A DNA stretch of 64,000 bases from an uncultured Nitrososphaeria archaeon (GCA_964529905.1 CAZGXJ010000003.1:2245-66244), one strand, 5' to 3'; positions 51,768-61,244 are shown, counted from the stretch's first letter. Notes: generated by a model not told the origin, from the sequence alone. Made by a program: numbers and translations.

Positions 51768-51801
51768 ATCCCACAAAATTATATAATGGATCCCACAAAA
51801 T
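51768..51801. promoter_or_regulatory. 12-bp direct repeat in the TA promoter (probable operator)
   Basis: atcccacaaaat at 51768-51779 and 51790-51801 (22-bp period) immediately upstream of the antitoxin start. Confidence 0.6.
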
Positions 51802-52306
51802 AAATTTTTCCCATGAAATCAAAGGAAAAACCCCTCCAACTATCTGAGCATATGTGAGTCATTCAGAACTATTTCATATCATACATCGTAAATTATGACG
51901 AATATTACTTTAAAATATTCTAAAACATGTATATCCTAGGAACTTCAATTGAGTCCGTTATTGGGACAATAATATCATGATTATAGGATGCCTTTTACTA
52001 TCCTCCCATATTAGATCTTCCTAATCTATATAAACAGAGAATAAGCGGAACAACTAATGGAATTCGCTCAAAGAGGTGAGGAAAAGCACTTATTACTGTA
52101 AAAATACAAGGAAAGGAAGAAATTAATATCCACCAAATCACAACTTTCTCATATGAAATATAATCTTTCACCAGCATGTCTTATGTAACTGGACGGTATC
52201 CCCGCATGGCCAGGATCTCAAGAACAGATTATGTTTATATCTATAAGGAATCCTTTAGTAGACAGTCAAAAAGAAATAAAGAATCTATATCAAGAGTCTA
52301 TTAGGT

Positions 52307-52358
52307 CAGAGACTCTATCTCTAATCATCGATTCATTCTACCGTCTTCTCATCATCCC
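52307..52358 (+). repeat. Repeated site, copy E (52-bp direct repeat with 49587-49638)
   Basis: cagagactctatctctaatcatcgattcattctaccgtcttctcatcatccc. Confidence 0.9.
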
Positions 52359-52445
52359 AAGAATTAAATCATATCATAGGCTTAAATAGGATATATCCAT
52401 ATTTCAATTCTCTTTAAATTTTTATTTTCCGAATTTTTTATAATC

Positions 52446-53237
52446 ATGAGTCTCAAAAGGATCGATTTATCTCTTGGTGAACGTCTACTATATCCCTCTA
52501 AACCTATTGTAGTTTCGGCAGAATATGATGGTGAAGTCTCAGCGATGTTTGCTAGTTGGTGGACTCAACTATCTTTTAAACCATTTCTAATCGGGGTTGC
52601 CATCGGTCCTGAGAGGTATACATATAAGCTTGCATCTAAGGCTGGTAAATATGGGTTAAACCTTCTAGGCTTCGACGATGTAGTTAAGGCTCCATATCTA
52701 GGTGATGTATCTACTAGGTTTATGAAGGATAAACTGAGGAGAGGAGGATTTAAAATATTTTATGGTGAGGAGTTAGGTGTCCCATTGATAGAGTCTGCAT
52801 ATATAGCTATAGAGGTCTCTCTACGGGATATATGTGTAGTCGGAGACCATGACCTATTTATAGGTGAGGTATACTCCATATATGCATCGGATCTGATAGG
52901 CGAGGATGGCCTATGGAATGTCAATGAGTTGAGGCCTATCTTCTATATGGGTCGGTTTTGGAAGGGTAAGAAGATGTATAGGAGATTTGTGACTTGGAAC
53001 AGTGTTAATATCTCAAATATTGAGTATGCCCCATACCCACTGAAGAACCTATCATTTAAGAGAAGCAACCTGAGGAAGAAGATATTTAATGTCTTGAAGA
53101 GTTATGGGGAGCTTAAAAGGGAAGATGCATTGGAGATCGTCTCGAAGATCTTAGGTGAATATGGAATAGGAGTGGAAGATGCGGTATATTATTTGGAGGA
53201 GGCTGTTAGAAACGATATAGTAAAAATTATTGAGTAA
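52446..53237 (+). CDS. Flavin reductase-like FMN-binding protein with C-terminal extension
   Basis: ASWWTQLSFKP, ERYTY, GVPLI, GDHDLFIGEV. Confidence 0.88.
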   Translation: MSLKRIDLSLGERLLYPSKPIVVSAEYDGEVSAMFASWWTQLSFKPFLIGVAIGPERYTYKLASKAGKYGLNLLGFDDVVKAPYLGDVSTRFMKDKLRRGGFKIFYGEELGVPLIESAYIAIEVSLRDICVVGDHDLFIGEVYSIYASDLIGEDGLWNVNELRPIFYMGRFWKGKKMYRRFVTWNSVNISNIEYAPYPLKNLSFKRSNLRKKIFNVLKSYGELKREDALEIVSKILGEYGIGVEDAVYYLEEAVRNDIVKIIE

Positions 53238-53238
53238 A

Positions 53239-54018
53239 TTAATCATATTTTTGGCATCGTGGACAGTAGAAAGTCTTCCTATTGATATCCTTTTGAATAT
53301 AGAATACTATCTTCTCACCACATTCTTCACAGAAACCCTTATATTTATTATATACCTTTAAGAGGGGTTTTAGCCTTCCACCTCTCAACTTGAGATTTAA
53401 CCACTCCCTAGAGAGATTTACCGATGTCTCTATAATCCTTATAATATCATCCATATTAAGACTGTCTATGGGCCTCTCAGGATGTATTTTACATCGATAT
53501 AATATCTCATTCCTAAGTATATTGCCTATGCCAGATATATATTCTTGGCTCAGTAAGGCTTTTGAAACAGATATCCCTTCCAGGCTCCTCAATCTATTAA
53601 CAGCTTCATTAATGTCCCAGTCATCCCTTAAAGGATCTGGACCATATCTCATCTTAATATTGTTGACAATATTCTTGGCCATCCCGATCTCAACTATCGG
53701 TGCATTATAGACTACAAGTTTATATTCATCTGTATCGATCTTTAACCTAATCCTCTTAAAGGGCTTCTTCAAATCCTCCTCTATCTTCTGGATATGTATA
53801 GTTCCATATAGCATTAAGTGGAGTCTAATGGCATATCCATCTATAAATATAAGGATATTCTTCCCATATGCCTCGGAATTACTAATAGTCCTTCCTACCA
53901 ACTCTCTAGGGTCTATATCCAACCTTCTACTCTTCACATATATATCCCTAATCTCCCTATTCCTAAGGGTGTTGCCTATATCATAGGCGAATTTATGTGC
54001 TGTAGGTCCTTCAACCAT
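53239..54018 (-). CDS. nei: Fpg/Nei-family DNA glycosylase/AP lyase (endonuclease VIII-like)
   Basis: MVEGP start, YGKNI, HLMLYG, GPDPL, LLSQEYISGIGNILRNE H2TH, C-terminal C4 zinc finger. Confidence 0.92.
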   Translation of the reverse strand: MVEGPTAHKFAYDIGNTLRNREIRDIYVKSRRLDIDPRELVGRTISNSEAYGKNILIFIDGYAIRLHLMLYGTIHIQKIEEDLKKPFKRIRLKIDTDEYKLVVYNAPIVEIGMAKNIVNNIKMRYGPDPLRDDWDINEAVNRLRSLEGISVSKALLSQEYISGIGNILRNEILYRCKIHPERPIDSLNMDDIIRIIETSVNLSREWLNLKLRGGRLKPLLKVYNKYKGFCEECGEKIVFYIQKDINRKTFYCPRCQKYD

Positions 54019-54087
54019 ATATAAGGCTATAATATGTGGTCCAACTACTTATAGATACTTAGATACATTTAAGTATTAAAATCATTT

Positions 54088-54714
54088 TTATCTTCCTATT
54101 ACCCTATCAAGGATCTTCCTCTCAGCTCTTCTTAGTATTTCGGATACAGCCCTGGGACTAATATCAAGTATCTCACTTAGCTTCTCAAGCGTTATACGTC
54201 TGGGTATGTCATAGTACCCAAGTCTATATGCCAATTCGATAACCTCCCTCTGTCTCTGAGTAAGTATTACATTCTCCATTCTATGTTGAATCTTCTCTAT
54301 CTCATATTCCATGCTGGAATCTTCAAGTATTCTTAGGAGTCTCCTCAATGTCTTATGGCTATCTAGTAGTAGGACCCACCTCATCATACCATTCTCCCTC
54401 ATAGATACCTCAACCAAATTATGCTCAGCTAATGTTGTCGATCTACATGGACAGTTAACAGTCTTAACCATAAATAGGTATGTATTCTCACCTAGTGAGG
54501 CCGTCTTTATACTCTTGACATACGGAAGCCTCTTAATCCTCCTGCATAATTCATTTAGATTTGGATTTCCAGGGATATGTAGTCTTGCTAATGCAGATAT
54601 CTGTCTCTTACCAGAGGGTATACATTGTAGAAGCTTGACATCGGAGGATTCGGTAACCCTTAATATATCTAGCCATGGACACTTAACCTTTATAGATAAT
54701 GTTACCCTTAACAT
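54088..54714 (-). CDS. Transcriptional regulator with Bat-type HTH_10 domain
   Basis: LTQRQREVIELAYRLGYYDIPRRITLEKLSEILDISPRAVSEILRRAERK. Confidence 0.9.
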   Translation of the reverse strand: MLRVTLSIKVKCPWLDILRVTESSDVKLLQCIPSGKRQISALARLHIPGNPNLNELCRRIKRLPYVKSIKTASLGENTYLFMVKTVNCPCRSTTLAEHNLVEVSMRENGMMRWVLLLDSHKTLRRLLRILEDSSMEYEIEKIQHRMENVILTQRQREVIELAYRLGYYDIPRRITLEKLSEILDISPRAVSEILRRAERKILDRVIGR

Positions 54715-54919
54715 CTACCAACAATTAATATATAGATACATATAAAATATTTATTCCCCTAATACGTTAGGGAGGAACTAGAAGATAATTAATCATATTT
54801 GAACCCTATTATTTTCATAGAGGGATAATATATATTATTTATAGATGTACTTATATGAAGTAGTATTTCAGTTTTGAAGTATAGCCCTTATGTCAATACA
54901 TTAAAAAATTAAATATTTG

Positions 54920-55615
54920 ATGAATCTAGAGGATTTAGTTCTACATCATAGGGCTTTAGATGCTCCCTTGATGCCTTCTAAGGAGTGGTGGGGAATATTC
55001 AACTTATTTACTACTATCGCCATTGTAATAGGGTCGATAGTCATAGGGTCCCTTATAATCGCAGCGGTTAAATATAGATATAGGGAAGGCCAGCCAGAGC
55101 CTAGTGACTCTATTAAACCGGGTAGAGTTCCTAGTGAGAGGGGAGGGCCTAAGGTAATCATAGTTATAACACTTATAGTAGTGGTAGCATTGATGATGGC
55201 TGAAGGCAGTACATTTACTGTATATGATACATACCAAAAATTTGCTGAATCCTCTATGGAGAACGGAGATGTATTAAAGATAGAGGTTACTGCTTTTCAA
55301 TGGGACTGGAGGTTTAAATATCCCAATGGTGTCGAGACGGTCGGTGAGGTATATATTCCTGAGGATACCCCCGTCCTCTTTATAGTTACAAGTATCGACG
55401 TCAAACACAAATTTGGTATACCTGAGTTGAAGACTGGTGTAGACGCTATACCGGATGACATGGGATATCTATGGCTATACGTCGAGGATCCTGGCGAATA
55501 TGAGATTAGATGTTATGAATTATGTGGTGTTGGCCATACATTCATGACTGGTAAGTTGAAGGTATTATCAGGACAGGAATTCGTTAATTGGTATTCCTCT
55601 ATGGGGGGTGGTTAA
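54920..55615 (+). CDS. coxB: Heme-copper oxidase subunit II (CuA)
   Basis: Two TM helices, AFQWDWRF, DVKH, CYELCGVGHTFM CuA ligands. Confidence 0.95.
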   Translation: MNLEDLVLHHRALDAPLMPSKEWWGIFNLFTTIAIVIGSIVIGSLIIAAVKYRYREGQPEPSDSIKPGRVPSERGGPKVIIVITLIVVVALMMAEGSTFTVYDTYQKFAESSMENGDVLKIEVTAFQWDWRFKYPNGVETVGEVYIPEDTPVLFIVTSIDVKHKFGIPELKTGVDAIPDDMGYLWLYVEDPGEYEIRCYELCGVGHTFMTGKLKVLSGQEFVNWYSSMGGG

Positions 55616-57949
55616 ATGACAGAGGTAAATATTAGAGAGTGGATTATGACTACAGACCATAAGAAGATTGGGATACTATATATAATAACGGCATTATATT
55701 TCGGGTTCTTGGGAGGAACGCTGGGTTTTCTGATTAGGCAGCAGTTGATGTATCCAGAAAATAATTTACTAACTCCACAGATCTATAACCAGATAGTAAC
55801 GGTTCACGGCCTTGTTATGGTCCTATGGTTCGTATCTCCACTTGCCTTTGGACTGGCAAACTTCGTTATACCCTTACAGATTGGGGCGAGAGACCTCGCC
55901 TTTCCTAGGCTAAATGCCCTTAGCTATTGGCTCTTCCTATTCAGCGGTCTCCTAGCCGCAGTTACATTCTTTCTACCTGGAGGTACAATTGATACTGGAT
56001 GGACGGTATATGCACCGCTAAACACCGCTAAATATTCTCCGCAACCCGGTCTAACCCTAGCGGGTATAGCGTTATTGATGCTTATAGCATCGGTGACACT
56101 AGGCACTATAAACTTTACAGTTACGATAATTAAGATGAGGGCTCCAGGAGTTACGTGGAGTAGGCTACCCATGTTTACGTGGGGTATACTCCTCACAGTA
56201 TTACTTATGCTATATGCATTTCCATCGGTAACAGCTGGTGTAATATTATTGGCTGTAGACCGGGTTTTAGGGACTACATGGTATCTAAGTCCTGAGGGTG
56301 GAGATTTATTATGGGAGAATCTATTTTGGTTCTTTGGGCATCCAGAGGTCTATATAGTGCTCTTCCCAGGCCTCTTCGCGGCTTTAGAGGTTATAGAGAC
56401 CTTCACAGGCCGGCCTCTATATGGGAGAAAATACATAATTGGAGCTGCAGCGACTGCTTTCCTATTGAGCCTAATAGTATGGGGTCATCATATGTATACA
56501 ACTACTATACCTCCCCTGATAAAGAAGTTCTTCGTAGCCGGTACCATGGCCATATCCTGGCCCTTCGGGATAATAACTATATTAGCTATAATCTCGATCG
56601 TTGGTGGGAGGGTAAGGTTTAATACGCCTATGTTGTTTGCCTTAACATCTATAGCTTTATTCGTCATAGGAGGTGAGACTGGAATATATAACGCATCGGT
56701 ATTCCTAAATTACCATATCAGGGGGACCTACTGGGTAACGGCTCATCTACATTATCAATTGGCAGGGGCAACCATGTTTGGGATTATAGCCGCTCTATAT
56801 TACTGGTATCCAAAGATTACTGGGAAGATGTATAATGAGAAGTTGGGTAAGCTCCACTGGCTAATATCTACGATAGGTTTTAACCTCTTATACTTCCCCA
56901 TGTTCCTCCTACTGGATATGCCTAGGAGGATATATACATACGATGCTGTAACTGGATGGGCTCCCTATAACTTCTACGCCACTATCGGCTCAATAATATT
57001 CTTCTTAGGCCACTTACTCGTAGGGCTACCCAACTTAATATACTCAGCCGTAAAAGGTAGGCCTGCAGGGCCTAATCCATGGGGTGCATGGACCATTGAA
57101 TGGACGATACCTTCACCACCTCCACCCCATAATTTCGACACTATTCCTGATCTTAGAAGTGGAAGCGTAGTATATCTAAACGGTGGTTCTGTTAATGTGG
57201 CACACCATGAGAAGCTCAGTATCACACCCTTCACACTATCACTTGGACTATTCATATTCTTCTTAGGATTTATGACGTTCCTTCCACTTGCACTGGTAGG
57301 TGTAGCCATATTCCTCATAGGACTGTTTAAATGGTATGTAGATGATATATCCGATAGATATGTCTCGGAGGAGCCAGAGGGGTTAGAGGAATATCCCTAT
57401 ATAGGAGTGGCGAAGGAGAAGCTCGGTACATGGGTCTTTCTGGCCTCAGAGATACTCCTCTTCGGAGCATTGATAGGGTCGTATCTCTTCGTGAGGGCTA
57501 ACAGCTCAACATGGCCAGTTGGATATGCAGTTCATGATGTCTCAATAGGATTTATAAATACAATTATACTACTAACCTCAAGCCTTTCAATGGCCCTTGC
57601 CCTAGCATATATAAGGAAAGATGATGTTAAGGGGACGGCAGGAGCGCTCGCAATGACCCTAATATTGGGTCTCCTCTTCCTAATCATAAAGGCTTTTGAG
57701 TGGAGCAAGCTATATGAGGAAGGATTCACGCTTACAAGTGGTCTCCCAGCCGTTACCTATTACACAGTGACTGGCGCCCATGCGGCTCATGTTATTGCGG
57801 GTCTATTCGGAATATCATACTTAATACTAAAGACATTGAAGGGAGGCTATAGTTCTAGAGATTATAATGGTATATGGAATGTGGGGCTATACTGGCATAT
57901 GGTGGATATTGTATGGGTCTTCCTCTTCCCATTATTCTACCTTATATGA
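55616..57949 (+). CDS. Heme-copper oxidase subunit I + III fusion (SoxM-like, A-family)
   Basis: TDHKKIG, TVHG, WFFGHPEVY, WGHH, AHLHY, MPRR; then subunit III motifs FLASEILLFG, TGAHAAHV, YWHMVDIVW. Confidence 0.95.
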   Translation: MTEVNIREWIMTTDHKKIGILYIITALYFGFLGGTLGFLIRQQLMYPENNLLTPQIYNQIVTVHGLVMVLWFVSPLAFGLANFVIPLQIGARDLAFPRLNALSYWLFLFSGLLAAVTFFLPGGTIDTGWTVYAPLNTAKYSPQPGLTLAGIALLMLIASVTLGTINFTVTIIKMRAPGVTWSRLPMFTWGILLTVLLMLYAFPSVTAGVILLAVDRVLGTTWYLSPEGGDLLWENLFWFFGHPEVYIVLFPGLFAALEVIETFTGRPLYGRKYIIGAAATAFLLSLIVWGHHMYTTTIPPLIKKFFVAGTMAISWPFGIITILAIISIVGGRVRFNTPMLFALTSIALFVIGGETGIYNASVFLNYHIRGTYWVTAHLHYQLAGATMFGIIAALYYWYPKITGKMYNEKLGKLHWLISTIGFNLLYFPMFLLLDMPRRIYTYDAVTGWAPYNFYATIGSIIFFLGHLLVGLPNLIYSAVKGRPAGPNPWGAWTIEWTIPSPPPPHNFDTIPDLRSGSVVYLNGGSVNVAHHEKLSITPFTLSLGLFIFFLGFMTFLPLALVGVAIFLIGLFKWYVDDISDRYVSEEPEGLEEYPYIGVAKEKLGTWVFLASEILLFGALIGSYLFVRANSSTWPVGYAVHDVSIGFINTIILLTSSLSMALALAYIRKDDVKGTAGALAMTLILGLLFLIIKAFEWSKLYEEGFTLTSGLPAVTYYTVTGAHAAHVIAGLFGISYLILKTLKGGYSSRDYNGIWNVGLYWHMVDIVWVFLFPLFYLI

Positions 57950-57959
57950 GGTGGGAGGC

Positions 57960-58220
57960 ATGGAGGAAGAGACATTATATGTATCTATATGGAGCATATT
58001 AATATTCTTCACGGTATTAGAGGTAGCTTCATTAATGTTCGGCTTTTCATATCTCCTAATAGCAGGTCTAATCATCCTTTTAGCAGGTGGAAAGGCCGTG
58101 TTGATAGCCCTATATTATCAGCATCTGAGGCATGAGACATCATATCTAGTCGCTATACCTATATTTGCATTCGCTATGTTAATCGCTCTCGTAACTATAT
58201 CGATTGCTGGTATTCTATAA
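57960..58220 (+). CDS. Heme-copper oxidase subunit IV
   Basis: Three TM segments, KAVLIALYYQHLRHE; ATG at 57960 after GGAGG. Confidence 0.85.
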   Translation: MEEETLYVSIWSILIFFTVLEVASLMFGFSYLLIAGLIILLAGGKAVLIALYYQHLRHETSYLVAIPIFAFAMLIALVTISIAGIL

Positions 58221-58230
58221 GGTGGTATAT

Positions 58231-58716
58231 ATGAAGGCATCTATACTCGCCATACTACTGTCAGTATTGGGGCTAGGTATCTGGTTGGCATTAGCCCTAG
58301 TAATATTAGTTCCAGGTCTACAGCCACCATTGACTGGGCAGCCATCAACCTTAACCCCCAACAAGGAATTCACACTATATCTTGGAGAGATTAACAACGA
58401 ATTTGCATTCGGATTCTCACCAGATTCATTATCCGTCCCAGGACCAGACATAGTTGTGGAGAGAGGGGATATAGTGAAGATATCATTAATAAATATAGGT
58501 AGGATCCCACATGCATTCGGCATAGGCTTCTCCCCTACTTCACAGACAGAATACGTCTTCGAGGGATCTGAAATACCGGGTGGCAAAGCTATTCCACCTG
58601 GTGGAGAGGCTGAAGTAATATTTATCGCTAATCAAGTAGGTGAATTCTACTATATATGTACAGTTCCAGGGCATCCTGAGAACGGTATGTGGGGGCATTT
58701 CATAGTTAATCCCTAA
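58231..58716 (+). CDS. Membrane-anchored blue-copper protein (cupredoxin, sulfocyanin/rusticyanin-like)
   Basis: N-terminal TM, IPHAF, YYICTVPGHPENGM type-1 Cu ligands. Confidence 0.9.
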   Translation: MKASILAILLSVLGLGIWLALALVILVPGLQPPLTGQPSTLTPNKEFTLYLGEINNEFAFGFSPDSLSVPGPDIVVERGDIVKISLINIGRIPHAFGIGFSPTSQTEYVFEGSEIPGGKAIPPGGEAEVIFIANQVGEFYYICTVPGHPENGMWGHFIVNP

Positions 58717-58734
58717 CTATCTTTTTACATTTAT

Positions 58735-60162
58735 CTACTCTACACAACACGGCATCAAATCAATCCTCCTTATAAATGCCTGGGCCGAAGCCTTAACCAA
58801 TTCAGATACTGTTGGGAATACCTGGATTACATCTATTACATCCCCAACTCTATATCCATGTTTAATATATAGGGATCCCTGTAGGATGATCTCAGATGCA
58901 TAGGGGGATAAGACGTGTAGCCCCTTTATAACACCTGTATATGGATCAACAATTATCTTTGCATATCCCTCAGTATTGTTTAATATGGAGGATTTAGGCA
59001 TATTTTTAAATCTTACTCCTCTACAGGCACATGCACCCAGCCTATCCATAACCTCCTTCTCAGTTAGACCTACATATGCTAGTTCAGGATCGGTAAATAC
59101 TACTACGGGTATTGATCCATAATCGATTGGGGTTGGGTTATTCCCAGTCATACTTATAGCAGCCACTACACCTTCCCTAGCTGCTATCGTCTCTAGTAGG
59201 GCTGGTTTGGGAGATCCAGCCACATCTCCAGCAGCATATATGTTGGGATTAGATGTCTCCATCTTCTCATTTACCTTTATAAAGCCTCTCCCATCAACCC
59301 TAACACCCGCATTTTCCAATCTCAAAGCATCTGTATTAGGTTTCCTCCCAGTAGCTATGAATAGCATCTCAGCATCAATAAACAATTTGCCTTCGTTACC
59401 TGATGCCTCAACAACAATCTCTCCATTTTTCTTTTCCACCTTCACAACCCTCGTCTTGAAATGGAATTTGACACCTTCTCTCGATAAGATGTCTACAAGC
59501 ATCCTCGATATCTCAGGTTCAGTGGATGGTATAGGCCTGTCTAAAACCTCGATTACATGTACGTCTACACCTAGCCTAGCGAATGCCTGTGAGAGTTCTA
59601 ATCCAATGGCTCCTGAGCCTACAACAACCATTTTAGATGGTATATCCTCAATCATCCATATGTTATCAGTCGTATAATATTTTACATTCTCAATACCCTC
59701 AATAATTGGGATAAATGGCCTAGAACCAGTAGCTATAAGAATCTTTCCACCTTCAACTATATTCTCTCCATCCCCTTCAACAATGATTTTATTCGGTGAT
59801 TGGAATCTCGCATATCCCTCAATAAAATCCACGTTTTCATAGTTCTTCAATATCTCTTCATACTTATCCCTTCTTAATCTATTTACTAACTCCCTGATTG
59901 AAGAGAATATCTTCTCAGTATCTATATTGAACTCCCTCACCTCCACTCCTCTATCTATAAACCTATTTAGATTCTTTACATGTTTGGCAATTTCAATAAT
60001 TGTTTTTGAGGGTACACATCCAGTATTTACACATGTACCCCCTAAGGGACCCTTTGAAACGAGTAGGATATTCGATTTTCCATCTGTCAACTCACTTATC
60101 TTTACTATTGATGAGAAGCCTGCAGCACCTCCACCTATAACTATATAGTCATATTTCTTCAT
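58735..60162 (-). CDS. merA: Mercuric reductase
   Basis: GGTCVNTGCVPSK redox pair, FAD/NADPH motifs, C-terminal vicinal cysteines MPCCVE. Confidence 0.88.
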   Translation of the reverse strand: MKKYDYIVIGGGAAGFSSIVKISELTDGKSNILLVSKGPLGGTCVNTGCVPSKTIIEIAKHVKNLNRFIDRGVEVREFNIDTEKIFSSIRELVNRLRRDKYEEILKNYENVDFIEGYARFQSPNKIIVEGDGENIVEGGKILIATGSRPFIPIIEGIENVKYYTTDNIWMIEDIPSKMVVVGSGAIGLELSQAFARLGVDVHVIEVLDRPIPSTEPEISRMLVDILSREGVKFHFKTRVVKVEKKNGEIVVEASGNEGKLFIDAEMLFIATGRKPNTDALRLENAGVRVDGRGFIKVNEKMETSNPNIYAAGDVAGSPKPALLETIAAREGVVAAISMTGNNPTPIDYGSIPVVVFTDPELAYVGLTEKEVMDRLGACACRGVRFKNMPKSSILNNTEGYAKIIVDPYTGVIKGLHVLSPYASEIILQGSLYIKHGYRVGDVIDVIQVFPTVSELVKASAQAFIRRIDLMPCCVE

Positions 60163-60242
60163 GTATCTAGTAGATTCCCCGAATTAGATATAAATGGAAT
60201 TAATCAGCTATGTGTATCTCCCCCTTACCCCTACAAATTTTT

Positions 60243-61244
60243 TCAAAGTGGTGTTAATGCTGTATTTAGATCAATAATCATCTCACCGATATCCGCAGAA
60301 TATTCACATATTCTCTTACCACTATCCAATATTGTATTTAAATGTATTATATTCTCCATTGTAAGTGTCTCCACCTTCCTTAAATCATGTGATATGTTAT
60401 CATATTTTTTGGCGGCCTCCTTCACCCTAGATATTATCTCATTTGCTAGTTTCAAATCCTTCTTTATATATGCATGGTATACTGAGGTGAATATCTCACT
60501 GGTTATATGTAGAAGTGCGTATATTCTCTCCCTTAAATATAGACCCTTTATATCACCCATCTCCATAATCGTATATGCTATTCTCGCGGTATGGTCTACT
60601 ATCCTTTCTAGTGCCTTAGCCATCATAGAGGTTATTATTATCCAGTTTGTATCGACCTTTCCAGACTTTGTCTTCCTAATCATACGTAAGGTATATAAAT
60701 ATAGTCTATCCATATCATCATCGCTCTGTATAATAAACTTGGCGTTCGCCTCGTTAAGACTTATAAATGTCTCTGGCAATGTACTCACTAAGATCTTACC
60801 GAGTTTAAACATTCTGGTTAAGGCAATGTCAAGAGATAATTCCCTCTCCCTTACTAGGGACCTCATCTCAATACTATTCACATCTTCATCTATCACCTCG
60901 AATCCAATCATCTTCTTCATCATCAGCCTCTTTATTAAAGTTCTAAGGTTTTCATTTAATGGCTCAGCCTCTATACGTATTATATCATATCCAGCTAGAT
61001 AGTGGGAAATTATTAGTCTCTCAAGAAGTTTTGGATCTATATCATTTGCCTTTATTATAGCTCTCTCATCAAACTTATCCCCTTCAATGTAGATCGTTAT
61101 TAAATTTTCTTCAACATTTAAGGCGAGGAAATCGCCATCTCTTAACCCATGTTTCTCAATCCACCATTTAGGTAGGGATATTATATATGTAGATCCACCT
61201 GTCCTCTGTATCTTCCTATGTATAATCTTTGTATCCTCCATCAT
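60243..61244 (-). CDS. phoU: Phosphate uptake regulator, AbrB-PhoU type
   Basis: RKIQRTGGSTYIISLPKWW, DDDMDRLY, LERIVDH; divergent from pstS. Confidence 0.92.
   Translation of the reverse strand: MMEDTKIIHRKIQRTGGSTYIISLPKWWIEKHGLRDGDFLALNVEENLITIYIEGDKFDERAIIKANDIDPKLLERLIISHYLAGYDIIRIEAEPLNENLRTLIKRLMMKKMIGFEVIDEDVNSIEMRSLVRERELSLDIALTRMFKLGKILVSTLPETFISLNEANAKFIIQSDDDMDRLYLYTLRMIRKTKSGKVDTNWIIITSMMAKALERIVDHTARIAYTIMEMGDIKGLYLRERIYALLHITSEIFTSVYHAYIKKDLKLANEIISRVKEAAKKYDNISHDLRKVETLTMENIIHLNTILDSGKRICEYSADIGEMIIDLNTALTPL

Larger units (their letters stand above)
42500..52400. other. Accessory/plasticity region: toxin-antitoxin cluster with decayed intervening DNA
   Basis: Low coding density, four VapBC pairs, orphan antitoxin, gene relics, repeated sites; boundaries approximate; no integrase or transposase seen. 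Confidence 0.7.

Noticed and set aside
42500..52400. Classical integron or IS-bounded element
   Set aside because: No IntI, integrase or transposase ORF in the window, and no consistent RYYYAAC...GTTRRRY attC hairpins after the genes
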